The notes under the pieces: model-generated
Told to the model about the DNA's origin: nothing
The model's database searches: none
What the model saw: only the letters and a program-made list of their open reading frames with translations
Shown: positions 45,887-54,584 of the stretch, piece by piece
How positions within the stretch are numbered: the first letter of the stretch is position 1
Layout of the letters: every line of letters begins with the position of its first letter
Program-made: the position numbers and the translations under genes
Origin: a virus
Direction: 5' to 3' (one strand)
DNA: 64,000 nt
IMG/VR virus record: IMGVR_UViG_3300010400_000006
Coordinates: 3,493-67,492 of that record

Positions 45887-46320
45887 CAGACCTTCCTGCC
45901 GCTCATCGAGGAGATGTTGTACACGCCACCGCGCTTCTTCGCGAAATTGGCCGGCGCTCTCTTGGCCACACTGATTCCGAATGTGGCTGCTCGCCTGGCG
46001 CGCTCGTAGTTCTTCTGGTTGGAGGTGATCTTCTGCTGTGTCAGGAATTGCAGTCTGCTGTCCAGGCTGCTGAGTGCCCCGCCGAGGGCCGGGAGTGCCA
46101 GGGGCGCCAGTGCAACAGCGACGGTCAATGCCACCTGCTTGTTGCTCAGCGGCTTGCCGGTCCTGCTGTTAACCGGCCTCTTGGGCACGAACAGAGCCTT
46201 GCCGATCGCCTTGGCGCGAACTCCGGCACGACTGCCCCTGCTCCCTGCCGAGGAACCGCCGCTGGTCCATCGACCGTGGCTGTCCCGCTTCTGGTTGGGA
46301 TTGAACCTGCGACGTGCCAT
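45886..46320 (-). CDS. basic protein with RDxxGRW motif and hydrophobic segment
   Basis: MARRRFNPNQKRDSHGRWTSGG. Confidence 0.8.
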   Translation of the reverse strand: MARRRFNPNQKRDSHGRWTSGGSSAGSRGSRAGVRAKAIGKALFVPKRPVNSRTGKPLSNKQVALTVAVALAPLALPALGGALSSLDSRLQFLTQQKITSNQKNYERARRAATFGISVAKRAPANFAKKRGGVYNISSMSGRKV

Positions 46321-46502
46321 CAGCGAACCCTCCTTCCCTTCACTCCCGAGTGCTTCGACTCAGGCAACCTGCGAAACCGCGTCACCTTGCCGCCTGCGGT
46401 CTTGTGAGCCTTCTCGTGGGCCCAGGGCTGCTTGGTTGCGAAGGCCCATCTCCACTGCTTCTTGGATTTGAACCCTCGGTAGCTGCCGCGCTTCTTCGCC
46501 AT
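46320..46502 (-). CDS. 60-aa basic protein
   Basis: FKSKKQWRWAFA...WAHE.AHKT. Confidence 0.75.
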   Translation of the reverse strand: MAKKRGSYRGFKSKKQWRWAFATKQPWAHEKAHKTAGGKVTRFRRLPESKHSGVKGRRVR

Positions 46503-46506
46503 GGGC

Positions 46507-46770
46507 TCACTTGCCCTTCTTGCCGAGTTTGCCCTTCTTGATCTTCAGGCCGGTGGTGACCTCGGCAGCACCCTCCTTGTAATTCTTGGAGGCTGCCTTG
46601 GTCGCATCCACCCCTGCGATGTTTCCACCAGAGGAAATCGCCGAGGTCTTCCTGCCAGACTGTCCACGAGCACCAAGACCTCGAGTGCCTTGCCTTGCCT
46701 TGACCCTTGCGCGCCCGCGCGAGCGGAAGCGCCCCAGAGAATCTCTCTCCTGGCTCTTGTTGAACGCCAT
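46507..46770 (-). CDS. basic protein with RDxxGRF motif
   Basis: MAFNKSQERDSLGRFRSRG; RBS GAGGAG. Confidence 0.8.
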   Translation of the reverse strand: MAFNKSQERDSLGRFRSRGRARVKARQGTRGLGARGQSGRKTSAISSGGNIAGVDATKAASKNYKEGAAEVTTGLKIKKGKLGKKGK

Positions 46771-46805
46771 ATACGCTCCTCGCCCGGTCCTAGCCGAATC
46801 CTACC

Positions 46806-48371
46806 TTATTCGGCCTGGTTGTCGGGATTGGATCCTGAGCCAGCGTTGTTCTCGGCGGCGGCACGCGTACCGTCCGGATCCAAGAGTACCTCTTGGGCCT
46901 TCGAGGCTGCCTCTAGCAGCTTGTCCTTGGCGCCGGGCGGATATTCGTAGCCTAGGTTGGCAACGGCGTCGAAGGCCATCTCGGGCGTGATCAGTGCAAC
47001 TGATCCAGGGCCCGCCGGGGTCACCAGCAGGATGATCTCGTTGATCTTGGCTTCCCTGTTGACCGGCTTCGGGTCACCTACGCTCACCGTGGCGCGTGCG
47101 GCTGTGTTGTACTCCTCGAAGGCGGGGAACCAGTACACCACGATGTCGTATAGCATCTGGTTCAGCACGCCCAGCAGGATCCGCTCTTTCTCGCGGTTCT
47201 CCGCCAGGAGCGGGGCCATCTTCAGCTCGAGCGAAATGCCCGACTCGGCCAACGCCACATCCACGATGCCGGTCGCGATGTCCGGCGTTCCACTGCCTTG
47301 CTGCAGCTCGGTCATCATGGACTTGATGTGGTCCTGCATCGGCGCCACACTCGACACACCGTTCAGCCGGCCGATGGTGTTGCCGTCCGGGACCTCCAGG
47401 ATGACTCCTGGCGAGATCTCGAGCGCGGTCTCGTTGCCGGCCGCGTCTGTGGGCGGACCTGCGTTGGTCCAGTACACCCCGAGCCCCTGCATGACCAGCG
47501 TGATGTCCTCATCGGACAGACTCTGGTTCATCGCAGCAACCAACGACTCGAAGCCCTTCAGCTCCGATACGCCGTACGCGAATCCACTCATCCGCAGGTT
47601 CGGAATCGGGTACACCGGCAGGGCGTGGATGCCCTCCAGCACCTTCTGCGGGATCTCCACCAGTTCCGCGTGCCGATAAGGCTTGAGCTCCTTGGCATCC
47701 AGCACTCGGTCGTCCCAGGCGTCCAGTTGCCAGTAGGTCAGTTCAGTGGTGATTTCCTGCAGACCATCCTCGCCGATGTCGCCCTTGCGGTACGTCTGGC
47801 GCTTGATGACCTGCTTGCCCTTTTTGTCGGCCGGGTCCTTGATCAGCTCGGCAATGTGACAACCCAGGATCTTGTCTGGGTCATTCTCGTCAGTGATGGC
47901 GAAGTAGTTCGCCGGGTCCACCTCGATGATCGACAGCCGGTGCTCGGCAGGCTTGTCGTCATCCGCCAGGAGGTGCCAGACCTGGTCACCCTTCACCATC
48001 CCAAAGCGCTTCTGGTTGTCGAACTTGGTGTACACCAGCTCGCGCTTGAACAGGTCACCCAGTCGACGCTGGAGCTCTGCCTGTTCCCCGCCGGAGCCGA
48101 GCTTCGGGTCTACCAGGAAGTCGAAGTCCACTGCAAGAAATCGGGACTTGGCGTTCACGATCTTCCGCACAGAGGGGATCATGATCTCTGTGGGGTCCTC
48201 GCCGCGCTTCACCAGGGTGAAGGTGCCTGGCTCGTTCCAGTACATCCGCTCGTACAGATCGTACGCGCGCAGTCGAGCCTGGTCCTCCTTCTGCACCACA
48301 TGCGCAGGTACCGACCCCTGCAGGTACTTGGTGGTGGACGACCATGGAGTGAGTGGTTCCGGGCTTGTCAC
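46806..48371 (-). CDS. portal protein
   Basis: 521 aa after TerL; G.SEL, ESGISLELKMAPL. Confidence 0.88.
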   Translation of the reverse strand: MTSPEPLTPWSSTTKYLQGSVPAHVVQKEDQARLRAYDLYERMYWNEPGTFTLVKRGEDPTEIMIPSVRKIVNAKSRFLAVDFDFLVDPKLGSGGEQAELQRRLGDLFKRELVYTKFDNQKRFGMVKGDQVWHLLADDDKPAEHRLSIIEVDPANYFAITDENDPDKILGCHIAELIKDPADKKGKQVIKRQTYRKGDIGEDGLQEITTELTYWQLDAWDDRVLDAKELKPYRHAELVEIPQKVLEGIHALPVYPIPNLRMSGFAYGVSELKGFESLVAAMNQSLSDEDITLVMQGLGVYWTNAGPPTDAAGNETALEISPGVILEVPDGNTIGRLNGVSSVAPMQDHIKSMMTELQQGSGTPDIATGIVDVALAESGISLELKMAPLLAENREKERILLGVLNQMLYDIVVYWFPAFEEYNTAARATVSVGDPKPVNREAKINEIILLVTPAGPGSVALITPEMAFDAVANLGYEYPPGAKDKLLEAASKAQEVLLDPDGTRAAAENNAGSGSNPDNQAE

Positions 48372-48398
48372 TAGTCCCCTCCGGGGCGTCGAGTGGGC

Positions 48399-49913
48399 TT
48401 AGCGCCCGTACCTGACCGGTCGCTTGCGAAGTCGTTGGGCTTGCTGTGCCGGGGTCAAGAAGAAGCCCTTGTAGAACCGCCCCAGTGCCTCGGGGAAGTG
48501 GTCGTCCTTCTTGAGTGGCAGCTCGTGAGCTAGTGTAGCCGGTTTGTCACCTGCATCCGGGTACCGGTAGTTCTGCATGTCCCGAATTCCGTTCTTGCAA
48601 CAGCGATTGATCAGCAGATTCGGGACTCGCTCCGGATGTCCGAACTCCAGATGCGGGTTCTTGTACTTCAGGTCCTTGCGAATGGCGTCCACGCGATGCT
48701 TGACTTCTCCACCAGTGGACGAGATCGCAGTCTTCTTCAGGATCTGCTCAAGCTGTCGCGTGGAACCGGGGTCAGCTGGGTCTGGATAGAAGTTCTTGAG
48801 GTTGGCGGGGCACAGACCGCGCGCTTTGATCTCTTCGGCGAACTCGCTGGCGGTCAGTCCGGGCTCATATACCTCGTCGAGCACATGCACGTCACCCCAG
48901 GGGCCCACCTGGATCAGCAACCACACGTTCGGGTTGGTGTATCCATAGTCCACTGCTCCGAAAGTCTGCCAGGCCGGGTTGAATTGCAGGTCTGCGACGT
49001 GCACTTCCTCGTCGAAGTCCTTGAACACCCGACCCACGAACTCCGTGAAGTCCGCACCGATCTCCTGATTGAACGATTCCTCGCTCATATCGGACATCAG
49101 CGACAGGATCTCCCTGTCGATGGTCAGCCCATAGCGCTTAGCGATGTCAGCATGACTACGCTTCCCGCGCTGGAGCCGAAACAGGCGTTGCAGCTGTGTG
49201 ACGTGCTCGTCTACAGTGGGCGTCTTGTAGACGTACGGGTTACGCCAGGCCGGCATCCGCCAGGATCGCCAGTCGGGGTGTTTCGGATCTTGGCCACGCG
49301 CCCAGTTCTCGTAGAACCAGTTCCTGCCCTCGGGCGTGCTCGTATGCAGCGACCAACCGTCGAAGTCCGCCAAGGTGGGACGAATGTATTTCAGCCACAC
49401 TCGTTCCTTGAGCTTGGCCGCCTCCGACAGCACCACTCCGCGGAGCCCCTCGCCCACCAGCGTGTCGGGGTACTTCGCGGACTTGCCGTGGACCTGGTAC
49501 GCCCCGCCCCACAGCGAGATGTGCAAGTTGCCATTGATGGGGTCGTTGTAGGTGCCCGGTCGATCGAATGGCACCTCGAGCTTCGACAGGTTGTTGTATA
49601 GGACCCGGAACTCCTTCTCGGCGTCCGAGTACTCTGGCCCCACGATCCAGAACTCACGGCGCTTGCCCTCTTCCTTGAGCTGCGCGCGCTGTGAGTGGGC
49701 GATGAATGCTTCCGGGAGCAGATCGTGCCCGCCGAGATCCGACTTTCCGAAACGACGTCCAGCAGCAACCACCTTGTTGCGAACATCAGTTTCTGCGATG
49801 ATCTCTTGGCCAGGGTGTGGGTCCCATCCGACGCTGTCCTGGATCTCCCAGTAGTCCAGGCTGCCCTCGAGGTCTTCCCATGTGTCCTGGGGCCTGTCGT
49901 CGGTCACCGTCAT
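48399..49913 (-). CDS. terminase large subunit
   Basis: AAGRRFGKS, VVLSEAA, STPEGRNWFY, AVDYGYTNP, DDHFPEAL. Confidence 0.95.
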   Translation of the reverse strand: MTVTDDRPQDTWEDLEGSLDYWEIQDSVGWDPHPGQEIIAETDVRNKVVAAGRRFGKSDLGGHDLLPEAFIAHSQRAQLKEEGKRREFWIVGPEYSDAEKEFRVLYNNLSKLEVPFDRPGTYNDPINGNLHISLWGGAYQVHGKSAKYPDTLVGEGLRGVVLSEAAKLKERVWLKYIRPTLADFDGWSLHTSTPEGRNWFYENWARGQDPKHPDWRSWRMPAWRNPYVYKTPTVDEHVTQLQRLFRLQRGKRSHADIAKRYGLTIDREILSLMSDMSEESFNQEIGADFTEFVGRVFKDFDEEVHVADLQFNPAWQTFGAVDYGYTNPNVWLLIQVGPWGDVHVLDEVYEPGLTASEFAEEIKARGLCPANLKNFYPDPADPGSTRQLEQILKKTAISSTGGEVKHRVDAIRKDLKYKNPHLEFGHPERVPNLLINRCCKNGIRDMQNYRYPDAGDKPATLAHELPLKKDDHFPEALGRFYKGFFLTPAQQAQRLRKRPVRYGR

Positions 49914-49924
49914 GTTCGTATCCT

Positions 49925-50595
49925 ACCTTGGATGCGCCACTGCCCCGCCTAGCTGACCGAAGTCCGTGCCGGCGGGGCAGTGGTTGCTCATCCTGAGTGA
50001 CCATGGGCTCGTCGAGTCCAGAGTTGCAGGCGTCTGTGTCCGTGTGGACCTGGTCGACCTGCTGGCCTCTGGGAAACGAGGTCTGCACGAGGTGTCGAGG
50101 ATGTTGATCCAGTGGCCCGCACCGTCGGGGGTAGGGGCTCGGGCCACTGGGGCTATGTGGCCCTGGGAGCCACCACTCGCATCTTCGGGGAGGCGAGTGG
50201 GTCGGCTAGCTCCCAGGGCCGATCTGAGTGGGGCGAGCACTCAGGCTGGACGACGACGAGGTGACCATCACTCGCATCTCCGGTGGTGGCCGGCGCTCTT
50301 TTAAGTGGGAGCGAGCTTCCGCACTCGGGTGTTTGAGCTACGTCGTGTTGGTCCTGCAGCGGCGTCTTGCTTTGAACTACGACTCTGCATGCCACGGTCA
50401 AATGGCTGTCGAGGGGTCGCTAAGCCCCACTTCCGCTGCCAGGAGTTGGTATCCTCCCCTGCCCGTGAACAAGAAAGACGAGCAAGGGAGGAAGTGGTCC
50501 CGCCAGGATCAGCCCTAGAACGCCATCGGCCTAGGAGAGCAGGGAACAATTCCCGTCTGCTGGGCTCTGCGATTCGGGTCACACCTGGCGGAAGT
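49925..50595 (-). ncRNA. candidate large structured non-coding RNA
   Basis: ~670 nt without a credible ORF and at least seven 7-13-bp stems; strand tentative. Confidence 0.55.
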
Positions 50596-50598
50596 CGG

Positions 50599-50862
50599 TT
50601 ACAGGAACTTGAAGTTCCCCTTGGGCTCGAACGAGCCTCCGCGGATCGTCATCCCGCCGGACACCTGGTTTCCCGCCAGGGCCGGAGCGATGCCGCCTCC
50701 ACCAGCAGCACCTGCCGCCGGCAGGGGGATTCTCCCGAGCGTCGAGTCGTTGTGGAGCGCCAGGATCCGGGCCGCCTCGAAGCTCGACGTGCTGGCCGGC
50801 TCGAACTGGATCGGACGCAGCGCCTTACCGTGTGGCGTGTTGATGGGGGTTGCGACTCCCAT
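50599..50862 (-). CDS. hypothetical protein
   Basis: RBS GGAGGAGG, GC3-rich codons. Confidence 0.75.
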   Translation of the reverse strand: MGVATPINTPHGKALRPIQFEPASTSSFEAARILALHNDSTLGRIPLPAAGAAGGGGIAPALAGNQVSGGMTIRGGSFEPKGNFKFL

Positions 50863-50905
50863 GATTCCTCCTCCACTGGCCGGGCCGACGTCCGGCTCGC
50901 TAGCG

Positions 50906-50917
50906 CTAGCTTACCCT
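50906..50917 (-). promoter_or_regulatory. putative late promoter AGGGTAAGCTAG
   Basis: third copy of the 12-mer. Confidence 0.6.
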
Positions 50918-51584
50918 ACTCAACGTTTGCAGTTTCCACAATCTCTGCGTCCAGTGGCTCATTGCTATCTACGGTGCCGTCCGGACGCATCTTTCCTGTA
51001 GGCGGCAGCTCCCGCATCCGGCGCGATTCCGCTCGCTTGCCCCTGGAAATGTTAGTGAGCACTGTCTCGAAGGGCTTGTCCTGTGTGTGGACCACGATCT
51101 CGGGGGTCTTCCCCATCGTGCGTTCCACGATCCAGGTTGCGGCCTTCATCGCGTCCTTGTCCTCAGACGCAGGACTGGTCGCGATCTCCACTATCTTGTT
51201 GATCGCATCGATCACGCTACCCTGGAGCAGATCGCTCGCTCGCGAGAGCAGCACCTTCTTCATCAGGTTCTGAGTGGATATGTTGATGCGAGTCCGGTCG
51301 TACGCTGCAGTGATGCTGAACTTCCCGTCGTCACACTTCGTGACGCCGTACTGCAGCTCCTCGTTGTCCATGGTCTGCACGAAGTTCTTGAGCTGCTCGC
51401 CCCGATATGTGGTGAGGTACATGTAGCGCGTGTTGATGGGATCGAGATCGCCGAATCCCGCGTAGTGCTTGGACCTGTAGCGCTTGCGACCAGTGGGAAC
51501 CCGGTACCCACCATACACACTGATGGCCCCACTAGGGTCCAGGATCGCTTCCCTCTTGGCGGGGTTCTGGTCCACCAGTGTCAT
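50916..51584 (-). CDS. terminase small subunit (probable)
   Basis: MDNEELQYG..D.GKF, KAATWIVERTMGKTP; upstream of TerL; RBS GGAGG. Confidence 0.7.
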   Translation of the reverse strand: MTLVDQNPAKREAILDPSGAISVYGGYRVPTGRKRYRSKHYAGFGDLDPINTRYMYLTTYRGEQLKNFVQTMDNEELQYGVTKCDDGKFSITAAYDRTRINISTQNLMKKVLLSRASDLLQGSVIDAINKIVEIATSPASEDKDAMKAATWIVERTMGKTPEIVVHTQDKPFETVLTNISRGKRAESRRMRELPPTGKMRPDGTVDSNEPLDAEIVETANVE

Positions 51585-51618
51585 TTCGCCTCCACTCACG
51601 AGTTTCCCGCCGGAGACA

Positions 51619-52119
51619 TCATACCTTGCCGATGGGCCAGTAGCGCGCTCCCGAGCGTCTGTCTTGTTCCACTGCTTGCCTGGGCTTGCCGATGTCATCT
51701 CGAAGCACACCCCAGCGTGAGTGGACGTACAGCTCATTTCCCACGCCATCAAACTGGACCACGATGTAATCCTGCGCCCACTCCATCATGTGCTCGTGGA
51801 ACTGGCGATCGGTCTCGCGCGTTCCTTCGCGAAGAGATGGCCATTTGAGTAGAGCACCCGCGACCTCCGCGGATCGGCGTTCCTTCAGCTCCTCGAGCAG
51901 TGGGTTGCTCCACATTCCGCGGGCAACTGCATACGCGCTACCCGGCGCCACGCGCTCGTCCTCTATCAACCCTGGGATCAGCCCATATGGGTTGCGATGG
52001 AACTCGTCGTTGATGGAGTTCACATGCCTCTTCAGATCCTCCCAGATCTGTGCGTCGCTCTTGCGCCGGGGCCGCCCTGTGCCGACCTCACGAGCGAACT
52101 TGGGATAATCGCCTTCCAC
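51619..52119 (-). CDS. hypothetical protein
   Basis: 166 aa. Confidence 0.65.
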   Translation of the reverse strand: MEGDYPKFAREVGTGRPRRKSDAQIWEDLKRHVNSINDEFHRNPYGLIPGLIEDERVAPGSAYAVARGMWSNPLLEELKERRSAEVAGALLKWPSLREGTRETDRQFHEHMMEWAQDYIVVQFDGVGNELYVHSRWGVLRDDIGKPRQAVEQDRRSGARYWPIGKV

Positions 52120-52124
52120 TCACA

Positions 52125-52385
52125 TCACCTCTTCTGGTAGAACCCACACTGCCGACACACACGATCCTGGAAGCGCCCGAGGTCCTGCATTGTCCAGCCA
52201 TCAGGACGACCCAGATCGCCAAGAACCCATGTGTCGACCTTTTGGATGCCAGCCATGGCCTGCTCGGCAGTCATGTTCTCGACGAACCTGGGTCGGTACT
52301 CCTTGTGGTCGCACCAGTAGCCCTTGGCGATTCGGAACTTCCACTCAGACAGCTGAGCCTTGAGCCACCTCATCTTGTGTTTCAC
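52125..52385 (-). CDS. hypothetical protein (CDH...CRQCG)
   Basis: 86 aa; start uncertain. Confidence 0.6.
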   Translation of the reverse strand: MKHKMRWLKAQLSEWKFRIAKGYWCDHKEYRPRFVENMTAEQAMAGIQKVDTWVLGDLGRPDGWTMQDLGRFQDRVCRQCGFYQKR

Positions 52386-52506
52386 AGTCCACCCCCGGAC
52401 ACCACCAGATGTACAGACCCGTCCAGCAGTGCTCTGGATGCACGTCCTTGCGCTCGCACCAACCTCTGTTCTCCTGCTTCCACTGCTCGCTGTGTTCGTG
52501 CTTCAC
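52345..52506 (-). CDS. small Cys/His protein
   Basis: GTGA overlap; C....H..H.W.....WCPG. Confidence 0.55.
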   Translation of the reverse strand: MKHEHSEQWKQENRGWCERKDVHPEHCWTGLYIWWCPGVDCETQDEVAQGSAV

Positions 52507-52613
52507 ATTGGCCACCCTGCGAGCATCTGGGAGATCACGAACACCCACACCACTGCGATGAATGTGAAGATCTCCTTGGACCACTTGATCCACCACTGCA
52601 CGAGGCCCCTCAT
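52503..52613 (-). CDS. 36-aa membrane microprotein
   Basis: ATGA overlap; one TM. Confidence 0.55.
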   Translation of the reverse strand: MRGLVQWWIKWSKEIFTFIAVVWVFVISQMLAGWPM

Positions 52614-52852
52614 CGTGGGCTGCACAGGTGCGAGATGAGTTTGCTTCCTGCCAGGGCCCTGTGCGCAAACTCCTGGGGCAGTGGTCGCTCCTTGCTCCTG
52701 GGCTGGATGTTCCAGTGGCAGCTGGCCACATCCCAGCTGTCGAATTCCGCGTGAGTGCCTCCGATCCACTCACCCTGCTCGTTCACATCACATATCAGCA
52801 CATCTCCAGTGGGCCAGCGATATGCGATGTACCTCTTGGCCGGAATGCTCAC
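52610..52852 (-). CDS. hypothetical protein
   Basis: RBS AAGGAGG, GTG. Confidence 0.65.
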   Translation of the reverse strand: MSIPAKRYIAYRWPTGDVLICDVNEQGEWIGGTHAEFDSWDVASCHWNIQPRSKERPLPQEFAHRALAGSKLISHLCSPR

Positions 52853-52909
52853 AGTTACCTCCTTCTGTCGTCTATCCACTTGCGCAACTGGAAGTACCAC
52901 CAGATCACG

Positions 52910-53251
52910 TTACCTCCAAATCGCCAATGCCACTCCCACGAGCGCCACCAGGATGCCAATTCCTGCTGACCATCGTGTGAGTGGAGACCAACCCTTGTTG
53001 TTTGCATCATCTGCAACAGACTTGGCGTCCTTCAGTGCTGCCGCAGTGGTCACCACTGTCTTCTCACTGGCCTCGAACTTGTCTTCCAGTCGCTGGATGC
53101 CCCGCATGACCTGTCGAACCTCGAGCACCAGTGCGTCAATGGATACATTGATCCTGGCGAAGTGGTCATCGTGCCCCTCGAGTCGCGCGTCCACCTTGCC
53201 TGCTATCTCACCACGAGCATATGCCTCCCTCGACTCTTCAGAGAGTGGCAC
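52910..53251 (-). CDS. coiled-coil protein with C-terminal TM
   Basis: 113 aa. Confidence 0.7.
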   Translation of the reverse strand: MPLSEESREAYARGEIAGKVDARLEGHDDHFARINVSIDALVLEVRQVMRGIQRLEDKFEASEKTVVTTAAALKDAKSVADDANNKGWSPLTRWSAGIGILVALVGVALAIWR

Positions 53252-53253
53252 TG

Positions 53254-53523
53254 CTACTCACGCACCCAGTTGGTCTCAGTGGTGTTGTCGATGGTTCCTG
53301 GTGCAGCGTCGTACTTCGCAGTGGAACCCGCGTACGCCGAGTCCGTGCGCTGGATCGCCTTGGCCTGCTCGTACACACTGGGCTGCCATGGCCCATCAGC
53401 ATCGATGGGATCCACGTACTGGCCTCGCTGTGGCCCACTCGCCATCAGCCCCTTGCCATGCGAGAACTCCGACTCGCCCGGCTCCTGGAAGGGGCTCATC
53501 ACACCTGTTGCCATTCCACTCAC
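53254..53523 (-). CDS. hypothetical protein
   Basis: 89 aa. Confidence 0.65.
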   Translation of the reverse strand: MSGMATGVMSPFQEPGESEFSHGKGLMASGPQRGQYVDPIDADGPWQPSVYEQAKAIQRTDSAYAGSTAKYDAAPGTIDNTTETNWVRE

Positions 53524-53849
53524 TCCTCGATGTAGTAGTGGCTGTCTGCACGTGCGACGTCGATGCTCAGCAGTCTCTTGGGTTTCCCGCCGGGCACTGC
53601 GACATCGACCAATAGTCCATTACGCTGCATGCTCAGCAACGTCTGTGACACACAAGCGTAGTGGCCCCACACAGCCCGAAAGCACTCAGTCACTGTGAAT
53701 GGTTCACTCTGGGCCTCAGCGAACTCAAACACGCGCTCGATCACTTCCATTGTACGCTGCGTGTGGCTGCGTTGCACGTAGTCCTCGAAGTCCACAGTGA
53801 TCGTCACTCTGAGTGGAAGCAGCATAGGACAGCTAGGGTCGTGGGCCAT
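53520..53849 (-). CDS. possible winged-helix protein
   Basis: TAATG coupling; FTVTECF...VSQTLLSMQRNGLL. Confidence 0.55.
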   Translation of the reverse strand: MAHDPSCPMLLPLRVTITVDFEDYVQRSHTQRTMEVIERVFEFAEAQSEPFTVTECFRAVWGHYACVSQTLLSMQRNGLLVDVAVPGGKPKRLLSIDVARADSHYYIEE

Positions 53850-54046
53850 TACCGGATGAGCTTCCACTTGGAAGTGGACGGTCCGGAAATCAGGTCGCAC
53901 AGCTTGCCTTGCTTGTCCAGGTAGACCGGACTCAAGTTTGTACGAATCAGGAACCAGCCGACCAGTGGGTGCTGGAATGTGTTCCCCTCGAACACCACGT
54001 GCCACCTGTTGCCGCCGTCTGCAATGAAGGTGGTTTCGTTCGCCAT
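53849..54046 (-). CDS. hypothetical protein
   Basis: RBS GGAAAGG; TATAAT at 54078-54083 upstream. Confidence 0.6.
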   Translation of the reverse strand: MANETTFIADGGNRWHVVFEGNTFQHPLVGWFLIRTNLSPVYLDKQGKLCDLISGPSTSKWKLIR

Positions 54047-54250
54047 GATCGCCCTTTCCAGAATGCCAACGAGTTCCATTATACGCCACGAAATAGTTAG
54101 CTTGGCTAACGGGGCTCAAGGGGTCGCTTTGTCGCAGATTTCGCTGGCGCGGCGGCGCGCGCTCGTACGAGGGGCGAATAGCGTATGCATATGCATAATG
54201 ACCCTTCCTAAAACAACTAGATCGCTCGCCTATAGCGGAATATCTTCCAA

Positions 54251-54499
54251 AGAAGAGACCCTTCCGACCCCTTGAGGTCCGTTTCCCCTGGTCAAGTAGG
54301 GGTCCTCACCCAAAAACAAAACGACCTCAAGGGGTTACTTCTAAGACCCCTAGGGTACTGCTCGACCTATTCTTAAAAAGAAGCGACCCTTCCGACCCCC
54401 AAAACTTTCCGGAAAGTTGCTGTTTCTATTCCCCGTGCGAAGCGACCCTAACGACCCCTGGTGAAACTATTCCTAAATAGAAGCGACCCTAGCGACCCC
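54251..54499. repeat. iteron-like repeats (putative replication origin)
   Basis: GAAG(C/A)GACCCT-N2-CGACCCC in 21-mers starting 54251, 54379, 54438, 54479; AT-rich; next to the primase-helicase. Confidence 0.8.
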
Positions 54500-54584
54500 T
54501 TGCGGTAACTCCAGGGGTCGTTTCTAGCCCTTCCGGGGGTCTTTACTTACCGTCAATGAGGCCCCCGTTTTCGGCTACCCTGAG

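Noticed and set aside
48399-49913. Inactive terminase because Walker B reads LSEAA
   Set aside because: Catalytic Glu and all other motifs intact; treated as a natural variant
49925-50595. Group I/II intron or protein-coding genes
   Set aside because: Flanking genes look complete, no recognisable intron core, and the overlapping ORFs lack RBS and codon bias
54251-54499. Repeats as a CRISPR array
   Set aside because: Only four imperfect copies with irregular spacing (128, 59, 41 bp); fits iterons better
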